Assembly (NCBI GenBank): GCA_963677105.1
Contig: OY781871.1
Span: forward strand, 420,001-452,000
Length of the DNA stretch: 32,000 nt
Reading direction: 5' to 3'
DNA from: Candidatus Saccharimonadota bacterium
Lineage (GTDB): Bacteria; Patescibacteriota; Gracilibacteria; UBA4473
Within the stretch, counting starts at the first letter, position 1. Each line of letters opens with the position of its first letter. Below the pieces are notes generated by a model, which made no database searches, was not told the DNA's origin, and saw only the letters and a list, made by a program, of their open reading frames with translations. The translations under genes and the position numbers were made by a program. Shown here piece after piece: positions 8,094 to 15,915 of the stretch.

Positions 8094-9264
8094 GAATATT
8101 TATCTCGATCACGCCGCAACAACTCCACTTTCTCCCGAAGTGTTTGATGTCATGAAACCATGGATGACTACACAATGTTGGAATCCTGGAGGAATTTATA
8201 CTGGAGGATTTTTGGCAAAAGAAGCCGTTGAAAATGCGCGAAAAACTGTTGCCGAAATTCTCGGATGTTTGCCGAAAGAAATTATCTTTACCTCAGGAGG
8301 AAGCGAGGCAAATAATCTGGCAATTCGTGGAGTAATGAATTCGAAACCCAAAGAAACAGGACATCTTATTATTAGTTCTATAGAGCATCATTCCGTTCTT
8401 CATACTGCAGAAGATTTGGTTCGCGATGGACACGAAACATCAATAGTAAATGTTGAAAAAGATGGTCAGGTTCTTCTTGAAAACTTAAAAGCTCTTATTC
8501 AAGAAAACACCAAGCTTGTTTCTATAATGATGGCGAATAATGAAATTGGCGTAATCCAACCCATAAAAGAGATTTCTAATCTTTTGCAAAACTATGGCAA
8601 AAATATTGTTTTTCACTCTGATGCTGTACAATGTGGAACACATCTTGATTGTGATGTTAAAAAATTAGGAGTTGATTTACTGTCTCTTTCAGGACATAAA
8701 TTTTATGGACCTCGAGGCATGGGAGCGCTCTTTGTAAAGTCTGGAACACCGCTACGATCACAAATAACTGGAGGGTCGCAAGAAAACTCTCACCGAGCTG
8801 GAACAGAAAATGTGGCAGGAATTGTTGGGTTTGCAAAAGCATTGCAACTCGCAAAAGAAATCAGAAATAGCGAGACAATTCGTTTATCTCAACTTCGAGA
8901 TCACGGAATAAAAAGAATTCAAGCTGAAATTGAAAATGTGCGAATTAACGGAAGCGCTAAACACCGTTTACCAAATAATATTAATGTTTCGTTCTGGGGT
9001 GTAGAAGGCGAAAGTATTCTTTTGATGCTGAACGAAAAAGGTATTTACGCGAGCACAGGAAGTGCTTGTACTAGCACAAATTTAAATCCAAGTCATGTTG
9101 TGCTCGCCATTGGACAAGGACATGATTGGGCACACGGGTCTATTCGTCTTAGTTTAGGAAAATCAACAACAAAAGATTCTCTTGATTATGTCATTGATGA
9201 ATTAAAAAAAGTCGTAGCACATCTTCGATCAATTTCTCCTGTCCCACTCACTCCACCAAATTGA
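8086..9264 (+). CDS. nifS: Cysteine desulfurase (NifS/IscS class V aminotransferase)
   Basis: SGHKFYGPRGMGALFV (PLP lysine), catalytic-loop ASTGSACTS, HRAGTEN. Overlaps nifU by 8 nt; TGA stop. Confidence 0.9.
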   Translation: MDKNIYLDHAATTPLSPEVFDVMKPWMTTQCWNPGGIYTGGFLAKEAVENARKTVAEILGCLPKEIIFTSGGSEANNLAIRGVMNSKPKETGHLIISSIEHHSVLHTAEDLVRDGHETSIVNVEKDGQVLLENLKALIQENTKLVSIMMANNEIGVIQPIKEISNLLQNYGKNIVFHSDAVQCGTHLDCDVKKLGVDLLSLSGHKFYGPRGMGALFVKSGTPLRSQITGGSQENSHRAGTENVAGIVGFAKALQLAKEIRNSETIRLSQLRDHGIKRIQAEIENVRINGSAKHRLPNNINVSFWGVEGESILLMLNEKGIYASTGSACTSTNLNPSHVVLAIGQGHDWAHGSIRLSLGKSTTKDSLDYVIDELKKVVAHLRSISPVPLTPPN

Positions 9265-9266
9265 AT

Positions 9267-9295
9267 TTGCGATGAATAATTGAGAGAGTTACACT
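9267..9295 (+). promoter_or_regulatory. Candidate promoter of membrane ORF 9304
   Basis: TTGCGA (9267-9272), 17 nt, TACACT (9290-9295), 8 nt, ATG 9304. Confidence 0.4.
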
Positions 9296-9303
9296 GATGT
9301 GTG

Positions 9304-9858
9304 ATGGAAATACAACTCAGTTGGGACATCGTATTTATCGCTCTATTCATTATAGTTTTTGGAGTTGCGTTTATCCGTCCACATAAATTCACATTACGAT
9401 TATTATTAGGAACGTATCTTTCTTTAATTATCGCTGAAAGTGTCGCTTTTTTTCTAGAAAAAATAATTCTACCTTTTGCTCCCACGCTCCAAAGCTGGGT
9501 TTCTGAACGATCACTCATTGTATTTACAAGTATAAGGCTTCTTTTTTTTATTCTTGCAATCATATTATTTCTCGTTCGTGGGCACTATCATATCGAACAC
9601 AAAAAACATAATCACTGGCTTGCACGATCTATAATTCATCTCATGTTTGCCATTATAACAAGTCTCCTTTTGAGTATAAGTGTCTTTGCTTTCTTATCTG
9701 GGAACTCGCTTCTCGATATAATACTTGGCGGATTCTTGCTCAATCCATGGTTTGATGACAGCTTTTTTATTGAACCGATGTTACATATTTTCGGAATATG
9801 GCTTGCCTTACCAGCTGTAGGAATGCTCCTCGTAAGCATTGTGAAACCAAAAGAATAA
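9304..9858 (+). CDS. Hypothetical polytopic membrane protein (~184 aa)
   Basis: Several hydrophobic helices. ATG 9304 preferred over GTG 9301 on promoter geometry. No recognisable family. Confidence 0.6.
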   Translation: MEIQLSWDIVFIALFIIVFGVAFIRPHKFTLRLLLGTYLSLIIAESVAFFLEKIILPFAPTLQSWVSERSLIVFTSIRLLFFILAIILFLVRGHYHIEHKKHNHWLARSIIHLMFAIITSLLLSISVFAFLSGNSLLDIILGGFLLNPWFDDSFFIEPMLHIFGIWLALPAVGMLLVSIVKPKE

Positions 9859-9887
9859 GGTCGCTAAAGCTCAAACGTACAATTTTC

Positions 9888-9904
9888 AAAATACAAACTA
9901 CAAA
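9888..9904 (-). repeat. Heptad-phased TTTGTAn intergenic motif, copy D
   Basis: Minus strand reads TTTGTAGTTTGTATTTT, 15/17 identical to the 15891 and 26935 copies. Lies in the convergent spacer between membrane ORF and corA. Confidence 0.6.
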
Positions 9905-9950
9905 ATTTGATTTTTGTTCTTTGATATTTGAAATTTTAGAACGATAGTGC

Positions 9951-10856
9951 CTATGTGAGTTTCTGTTTTTTCATCCAATGATACAATAAGGCCCCTGAAA
10001 TAATAGAAAATAAAATCATCCCTCCAAGAATCCAAAGAAGTACATCAAATCGTTGTTCAATTTTATTTAAAATATTCATTCCGAAGAATCCCGTCACAAG
10101 AGCGAGAAAGGCTAAAATAGCTGTCGCCGAAGTTAAAATCAGATCAATTTGAATAATTTTGTTTCGACGAGAAGAAAGTTTCAACGTCAAAATCTCTTGT
10201 GTGTCGTCAATATTCTCATCCAACTCATCAATTCTATTTGAAATGTCTTCAAGCTGTTCCACCACATTTTCTAAAATGGATTCTAAATCATCTGTCTCTT
10301 TCGGCTTTTTCCCTAAATACATATCTTCAAGCTCTTCATTGTCGTCCATAATATCGTCCAATATTTCATTGAGCTCTCGTGTGTTTTTTGCCAGTTTTGA
10401 AAGTTTCTTTTTGGCTGACAACAATTTTTCAAAAATCTCATCATGATGTTGTGTCCGCAACATTGCTAAAATACGCTCCACGAGATGTTTCGCTTTTTCA
10501 AAGTTCGTAAGAGTTTTCCTCAACATATGCTCAAGTGCTGCGTCTAGCACAACGTGCTCGAATCTCGATTCTTCCTCGCGTGTAATAATTCTTTCTGTTA
10601 AGAGGGGAATAAATAATTCGGAAATTCTGTCCTCCTCTGTATTAAAAATAAATACTTCTTTTTCTCCAACGAGAACTTTTACTGCACGGAAGTTAATAAC
10701 CAAACATCTCCCACGACGAGCAATTGTAGGCATTTGTCGAAGAGAAAAAATTGGACGTAAATCGCGTACATGCAAATCAAATTGCTGCGATAAAGATCGA
10801 CGATCTACCGCTACTTCTTCTGTTTGTCCGTTGAGGTTAATTTTTAAACACTGCAT
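9951..10856 (-). CDS. corA: CorA-family Mg2+/Co2+ transporter
   Basis: C-terminal two TM helices with GMN signature (TGFFGMNILN); acidic coiled-coil cytoplasmic domain; 301 aa. Confidence 0.85.
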   Translation of the reverse strand: MQCLKINLNGQTEEVAVDRRSLSQQFDLHVRDLRPIFSLRQMPTIARRGRCLVINFRAVKVLVGEKEVFIFNTEEDRISELFIPLLTERIITREEESRFEHVVLDAALEHMLRKTLTNFEKAKHLVERILAMLRTQHHDEIFEKLLSAKKKLSKLAKNTRELNEILDDIMDDNEELEDMYLGKKPKETDDLESILENVVEQLEDISNRIDELDENIDDTQEILTLKLSSRRNKIIQIDLILTSATAILAFLALVTGFFGMNILNKIEQRFDVLLWILGGMILFSIISGALLYHWMKKQKLT

Positions 10857-10858
10857 GT

Positions 10859-11755
10859 CTAGAAAAGTGAATTTTGTAAAGCTATATTTAATTGAAGTCC
10901 GTTTGGTTTTACAGATAAATCACATTCTCGTCCAGACAAACTTTTGAGATTAAAACTTACCAATTCTTCCTCAGTATCAACAATTATAAATGAACCTTTT
11001 ATTGCCTTAATTTTCCCGCTCACCGATTCTCCCTCTTTTAATACAATTGGATGAAGTGGTTTTCCTTCAGAAAGAATATTCTCTGTTTTATATACATCTG
11101 TCCAATTTCTAAATTCAGGATTTTCAAGAATAAATTTTTTCAAATGAGCTGCTGAATCAAGCGCAAAAACGTGATTTTGAAAGAGAGAATAAAGTATTTT
11201 TTTTCCGTCTTCTGCAGAAATTTCTGGAAGCAACAATGATTTTTTTTGTCGTCCCATTACTTTATCCGCTAATCCCGAACGACGAAGCAACGTTTCTATT
11301 TGTCGTGCAACAACTCCGTCTGGCGTTTGGGCAATATATAAAGTTTGATGACTTCCTTGCTCAATTTGTCGCAAACTTTTTCGCGCTAAATTTGATACTC
11401 CAATTTTGATTACATCTGTATCAAAAAGTGCCAAATAGACAACATGTTCCCCAGAAATTTTTTCTAAATCTCCTACTTGAAGTTGCGCTTGGTTAAAACC
11501 ATCAAACGCGGTATAGACAAAATTTCCTTCAATTGCTCGACAATATTCACATTTTGCTTTTCCTTCTGAATGTTTAGGACACGCTTTCCATGTTCCATTT
11601 TCGATAAATCCAGCACAACGCAAAGAAGAACAAACTTCAACCGAAATATTTTCTCCAATAACCACTGGTTTTCGACCAAATCGTCCATCTACAATTCCTT
11701 GTAATTCACACGAATGTTCGTCTGTCCAGCGGAAATCATACAAAAGGGCTTTCAT
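10859..11755 (-). CDS. Conserved hypothetical protein, Cys-rich N-terminus (possibly DUF2797-like)
   Basis: Cys cluster VCSSLRCAGF..ACPKHSEGKAKCEYCR. Core block HVVYLALFDTDVIKIGVSNLARKSLRQIEQG recalls GIY-YIG/T5orf172-like and DUF2797 proteins (recollection, not verified). Stop is 2 nt before the corA ATG. ATG 11755 chosen over TTG 11776. Confidence 0.6.
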   Translation of the reverse strand: MKALLYDFRWTDEHSCELQGIVDGRFGRKPVVIGENISVEVCSSLRCAGFIENGTWKACPKHSEGKAKCEYCRAIEGNFVYTAFDGFNQAQLQVGDLEKISGEHVVYLALFDTDVIKIGVSNLARKSLRQIEQGSHQTLYIAQTPDGVVARQIETLLRRSGLADKVMGRQKKSLLLPEISAEDGKKILYSLFQNHVFALDSAAHLKKFILENPEFRNWTDVYKTENILSEGKPLHPIVLKEGESVSGKIKAIKGSFIIVDTEEELVSFNLKSLSGRECDLSVKPNGLQLNIALQNSLF

Positions 11756-11839
11756 TGTGCAGAAAACTTCTATCAAAAAAGAGGAGGAAAATCAAGACAA
11801 GTCTTTCATAAAAAACATACATTTTTTCGATTAATATTC

Positions 11840-11868
11840 TTGGCGGACAGAAAAGAAACAATTACTCT
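11840..11868 (+). promoter_or_regulatory. Candidate promoter of recJ
   Basis: TTGGCG (11840-11845), 17 nt, TACTCT (11863-11868), 8 nt, ATG 11877. Confidence 0.35.
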
Positions 11869-11876
11869 GCTCCGTG

Positions 11877-13571
11877 ATGACACAATTGCGATCTTTTTCT
11901 CAGAAGCTTTGGCAAATCTCTTCTGATTCTACCGTTACAACTCTTCCGGATTTACAGTCCATTTTATTAGAAAATCGTGGATTAACAGATCATGAAACTA
12001 TTCAGAATTTTCTTGAACCATCACTCGAAAATCTTGAAAGTCCGTGGGAAATGAAAGATATGAAAAAGGCCGTTGAAAGAATTAAGCGCGCTATTGAAAA
12101 CGATGAACGCATTATTGTTTTTGGAGATTTCGATACCGATGGAATCACGGCCACTGTGATTCTGGCGCAAACATTGAAAAAGTTGGGCGCACATGTTTCA
12201 TATCGAATTCCTGATAGAACTGCTGATAGTCATGGTTTGAAAACATACTTTTTAGATGATCTTGCTGAACGAAATGTTTCTCTGGTAATCACTGTTGATT
12301 GTGGGATAAACGATTCAGTAGAAGTTTCTTATGCAAAAGAGAGAGGAATTGATGTAATCATTACGGATCATCACGAATCGGATGCAAAAATATTTCCCAA
12401 AGATGCTGTCGCTGTACTCAATCCAAAGGTTGGAGAAAATGGAGAAACGTCTCCAGAACTAGCTGGAGCTGCTGTCGCATGGAAGCTCGCTGCTGCAATT
12501 TCTGAAGAAATATTACAAAACAATTCTGAAAAAATCGCCTCAATTCTCGATCCATTATTGGAACTTGTTGCAATAGGAATTATTGCTGATTGTGTAGAGT
12601 TGGTGGGAGAAAACAGGATCTTTGCAAAGTTTGGACTTGAAAAAATTAAAACCACAAGTTGGAAGGGATTGTTGCAGTTATTAGAACGCACTGAAACTTC
12701 TCTTGATAAGATCACTGAGGAGTCTGTTGGGTTTGTGATTGCACCACATTTGAATGCAGCATCTCGAATTGGTGACGTATTAATTGCAGCACAATTGTTT
12801 TTGGGAAATGAAAATGAAAACTTAGCGAGAATCGAAAAATTGCTTCACTGGAATAACATTCGTCGAGAACTAACTGAAAAAGCAATTGCGCAATCTGCAG
12901 AACAAATTCGCCCAAAGGCTCCTTTTCAGATTTTTTATAATAAAAAATGGAAACCGGGAATTTTGGGATTATTGGCCGCTCGACACAGCCAACAATTAGG
13001 CGTTCCCACTGTAGCATGTACTCTTCGAAAAGATGGGAAAATATCCGCCTCTTGTCGTGCTCCTGAAGGATATTCTATTATTGATGGACTGAGAGCAACT
13101 GAAAAATGTCTTGAAAAATTTGGTGGACATGCAGGAGCTGCAGGATTTTTTATGGAACAAAAGAATTTTGAAGAATTAAAAAAGCAACTTGATCATCATT
13201 TTTCTCAAAAAAATATCGGAACAATTCCCTTAAAAGTAGACGCGTGGGTTTCTTCTGAATTATTGAATGAAGAATTAATCAATTTTTTAAAGTTTTTCGC
13301 ACCGTTTGGAAATGGAAATCCCGCCCCAATTCTGGGACTAAAAAATGTGAAAATATCTAACATTCGCTCGATGGGAAAACAAAAAAATCACGCTCGAATT
13401 ATTGGGGAAATAGAAGGAAGAGAGTTAAATTTTATCGCTTTTTTTGCTCGACATTTCATAGAGCAAGTAAATGTTAATGATCATGTAGACATTGCTATAA
13501 CGATTGGCGAAAACGAATGGAATGGAAAAAGAACATTAGAGTTACGAGTTATAGATATTTGGAAAAAATAA
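11877..13571 (+). CDS. recJ: Single-stranded-DNA-specific exonuclease RecJ
   Basis: DHH-family motifs IIVFGDFDTDGITA, ITVDCGI, IITDHH; DHHA1 region GGHAGAAGF; C-terminal OB-like region. Confidence 0.9.
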   Translation: MTQLRSFSQKLWQISSDSTVTTLPDLQSILLENRGLTDHETIQNFLEPSLENLESPWEMKDMKKAVERIKRAIENDERIIVFGDFDTDGITATVILAQTLKKLGAHVSYRIPDRTADSHGLKTYFLDDLAERNVSLVITVDCGINDSVEVSYAKERGIDVIITDHHESDAKIFPKDAVAVLNPKVGENGETSPELAGAAVAWKLAAAISEEILQNNSEKIASILDPLLELVAIGIIADCVELVGENRIFAKFGLEKIKTTSWKGLLQLLERTETSLDKITEESVGFVIAPHLNAASRIGDVLIAAQLFLGNENENLARIEKLLHWNNIRRELTEKAIAQSAEQIRPKAPFQIFYNKKWKPGILGLLAARHSQQLGVPTVACTLRKDGKISASCRAPEGYSIIDGLRATEKCLEKFGGHAGAAGFFMEQKNFEELKKQLDHHFSQKNIGTIPLKVDAWVSSELLNEELINFLKFFAPFGNGNPAPILGLKNVKISNIRSMGKQKNHARIIGEIEGRELNFIAFFARHFIEQVNVNDHVDIAITIGENEWNGKRTLELRVIDIWKK

Positions 13572-13605
13572 CCACATATATATTGTATTGAATCTCTTCT
13601 TAAAA

Positions 13606-13634
13606 TTGACACCTCAGTAACTCAATGATAAATT
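13606..13634 (+). promoter_or_regulatory. Candidate promoter of the pyrB-pyrC leader
   Basis: TTGACA (13606-13611), 17 nt containing TG at 13626-13627, TAAATT (13629-13634). About 86 nt upstream of the pyrB ATG. Confidence 0.45.
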
Positions 13635-13677
13635 CTTCTTGATGACATTCCAATCACAGAATTCCATCTAATGACTG

Positions 13678-13699
13678 ACGCCATACGGCGTTTTTTTTT
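13678..13699 (+). terminator. Hairpin plus U9: recJ terminator and/or pyrB leader attenuator
   Basis: ACGCC (13678-13682) / GGCGT (13687-13691), loop ATAC, nine T (13691-13699). Lies 21 nt before the pyrB ATG and downstream of the candidate promoter. Confidence 0.6.
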
Positions 13700-13720
13700 A
13701 AATTTTTTCCCCACTTTCCG

Positions 13721-14623
13721 ATGCGACACGTAATATCAGCACCACAATTTGATAAACAAAAGTTACTCGAAATCATGAATCAATCAGCTGATATGGAAAA
13801 TATTCTCTCCACAAAAGGTTATTCTGAAATGGCGAAAGGAAAAATTTTAGCAACATTTTTTTACGAACCATCTACTCGAACACGATTAAGTTTCGAAACG
13901 GCAATGAATCGTCTTGGCGGAACTGTTATTTCTGTAAGTAATGGTGGAACTTCTTCTGCAAAAAAGGGAGAAAGTGTTGAAGATACAATGCAAGTGATTT
14001 CTGGATATGCTGATGTCATAGCCATGAGATCAAGTGAAATTGGATTTGCAAAACGCGCAACAAAAACTTCTCTTGTTCCAATAATCAATGGTGGAGATGG
14101 ACCGGGAGAACATCCGACTCAATCTCTCCTAGACTTGTATACGATTAAAAAATATTTAGGACTGGAAAAACCAATGCGAATTGCTTTTGTTGGAGATTTG
14201 AAAAACGGAAGAACTGTTCACTCACTGCAACAGTTATTACGAAATTTTAACAACTTTTCTGTTGATTGGGTCGCTCCAAAAGAACTAGATATTCAGGATA
14301 AATATTTGAAAAACGGAGATCGAAAGTTTTCAGAGTTGAGTGAAGAAGTGTTAAAAGATGCGGATATCATTTACATGACACGCATACAGCAAGAACGATT
14401 TGAAGACAAAAGTGAATATGAACGATTAAAAGGTGTGTTTATTCTTGATGCAAAAAAGGTCGCACATATGAAAAAAGATGCGATTATTCTTCATCCGCTT
14501 CCTCGTGTTGATGAAATCGCAACGGATGTTGATGCATTACCTCAAGCAAAATATTTTGAACAAGCAACGAATGGAGTTCCTGTGAGAATGGCTCTCATTG
14601 CTCGTGCACTTGAATTAATCTAA
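13721..14623 (+). CDS. pyrB: Aspartate carbamoyltransferase catalytic subunit
   Basis: FYEPSTRTRLSFE, HPTQ, HPLPR signatures; 300 aa. Confidence 0.92.
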   Translation: MRHVISAPQFDKQKLLEIMNQSADMENILSTKGYSEMAKGKILATFFYEPSTRTRLSFETAMNRLGGTVISVSNGGTSSAKKGESVEDTMQVISGYADVIAMRSSEIGFAKRATKTSLVPIINGGDGPGEHPTQSLLDLYTIKKYLGLEKPMRIAFVGDLKNGRTVHSLQQLLRNFNNFSVDWVAPKELDIQDKYLKNGDRKFSELSEEVLKDADIIYMTRIQQERFEDKSEYERLKGVFILDAKKVAHMKKDAIILHPLPRVDEIATDVDALPQAKYFEQATNGVPVRMALIARALELI

Positions 14624-14632
14624 AACCTGGAT

Positions 14633-15841
14633 ATGAAAAATATTTATATAAAAAATGTACGTATCATCGATCCAAACACTGACAAAATTGGTGATATTTG
14701 GTTTGTAGATGGACGAATTCAGTTTGAAAACCCAAAGACAGAATGTGAAGAAATTGATGGAACAGGAAAGATTTTATTTCCAGGATTTATTGATCCACAC
14801 GTACATTTTCGCACTCCTGGCGATGGAGAAAGTGAAACGTTTGAAACTGGATCACAAGCAGCAATTGCTGGCGGAACAACTCTTGTTTTAGATATGCCAA
14901 ATACCGTTCCTCCAACGTTTGATAGAAAGTCACTTCAAGAAAAACGAGAACTTATTTCCACTCAATCACTGACTCGTTGGGGATTGTGGTTTGGTGCTGG
15001 AAATAATATTGAAGAGCTAAAAGCTGTTGCTGATGATGTAATTGGATTTAAATTATTTTGCAACGAAACAACAGGCAGTTTATTCACAACGAATGAAGAT
15101 TTTTGGCGAAAATTATTTCGTATAGGAAAACCCGTAATCACTCACTCAGAAGGAGAAACTTTTGAACGATTAGCCACTGTTTGGGAGGAAGAGGAAATGC
15201 CATGTTTACTCCACCAAGCACATATTTCTCTTAAACGAGAAGTAAACTTTTTACGAAATTTGAAAAAGAAAACGAATAAAGTTTCTGCTGAAGTGTGTCC
15301 GCATCATTTGTTATTAACAAAAGAATCAGTCGATGAAATGGGGAACTTTGCCCGGATGAAACCTGAACTCGCTACTCAAGAAGATATTGATGAATTATGG
15401 GAAGGAATTGATGAAGGTGTAATTGATTTATTTTCCACTGATCACGCACCACATTCTCGTGCAAAAAAAGAAGCTCCTGAACCATGTTGGGGCGTTCCAA
15501 GCGTAGGAGAACGATTTTCTCTTCTTTGGACAGAATGGAATAAACGTGGATGGGACTTGAAACGATTTTCAGATATGATGGGGGGGATCGCTGCAGAGAA
15601 ATTTAATCTTGGAGAATTTGGAGAATTAAAAAATGGACATGTAGCAGATGCTGTACTCATTGATCCAAACGAAACGATAGAATTACAAGCATATCAACGA
15701 CCCGGAATGTGTAATTGGTCTCCATACGACGGACGAACTGTACGAGGAAAGATCGAATCTACATGGATTAATGGAGTTCGTGTTTTTGATGGAAAAAATT
15801 TCCTTGATGGATTTACGGCGCCAGAAGTAAGACCTTGTTAA
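14633..15841 (+). CDS. pyrC: Dihydroorotase
   Basis: PGFIDPHVHFR metal-binding motif, DHAPH motif. Starts 9 nt after pyrB. Confidence 0.88.
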   Translation: MKNIYIKNVRIIDPNTDKIGDIWFVDGRIQFENPKTECEEIDGTGKILFPGFIDPHVHFRTPGDGESETFETGSQAAIAGGTTLVLDMPNTVPPTFDRKSLQEKRELISTQSLTRWGLWFGAGNNIEELKAVADDVIGFKLFCNETTGSLFTTNEDFWRKLFRIGKPVITHSEGETFERLATVWEEEEMPCLLHQAHISLKREVNFLRNLKKKTNKVSAEVCPHHLLLTKESVDEMGNFARMKPELATQEDIDELWEGIDEGVIDLFSTDHAPHSRAKKEAPEPCWGVPSVGERFSLLWTEWNKRGWDLKRFSDMMGGIAAEKFNLGEFGELKNGHVADAVLIDPNETIELQAYQRPGMCNWSPYDGRTVRGKIESTWINGVRVFDGKNFLDGFTAPEVRPC

Positions 15842-15856
15842 ATAAATTCCCGTTTC

Positions 15857-15887
15857 AAAAAACAAAGCACAAAACATTTGTACTTTG
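15857..15887 (-). terminator. Rho-independent terminator of gyrA (possibly bidirectional with pyrC)
   Basis: CAAAGCACAAA (15863-15873) / TTTGTACTTTG (15877-15887), 11 bp with one C-A mismatch, loop ACA. On the minus strand it is followed by a U6 run (A-run 15857-15862). Confidence 0.6.
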
Positions 15888-15907
15888 CCCTTTGTAATTT
15901 GTACTTT
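15877..15907 (+). repeat. Heptad-phased TTTGTAn array (copies E+A)
   Basis: TTTGTAC TTTGCCC TTTGTAA TTTGTAC TTT. The 17-mer at 15891-15907 is identical to 26935-26951. Confidence 0.7.
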
Positions 15908-15915
15908 AACGTAAC

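Noticed and set aside
11781-11787. Strong SD-like GAGGAGG in the recJ / DUF2797-like divergent spacer.
   Set aside because: No ATG/GTG/TTG follows within RBS distance on the plus strand, so it is not an RBS for any supported ORF.
13635-13720. PyrR-binding loop in the pyrB leader.
   Set aside because: No match to the conserved PyrR-binding loop (UCCAGAGAGG-like) was seen in the leader, so only a generic attenuator is proposed.
15877-15907. Reading the TTTGTAn heptads as Bacteroidetes-type promoter elements (-33 TTTG / -7 TAnnTTTG).
   Set aside because: The units are TAnTTTG, one nt shorter than TAnnTTTG. Copies also occur in convergent 3' spacers and at variable distances from starts. Ordinary TTGnnn/TAnnnT boxes explain the starts better.
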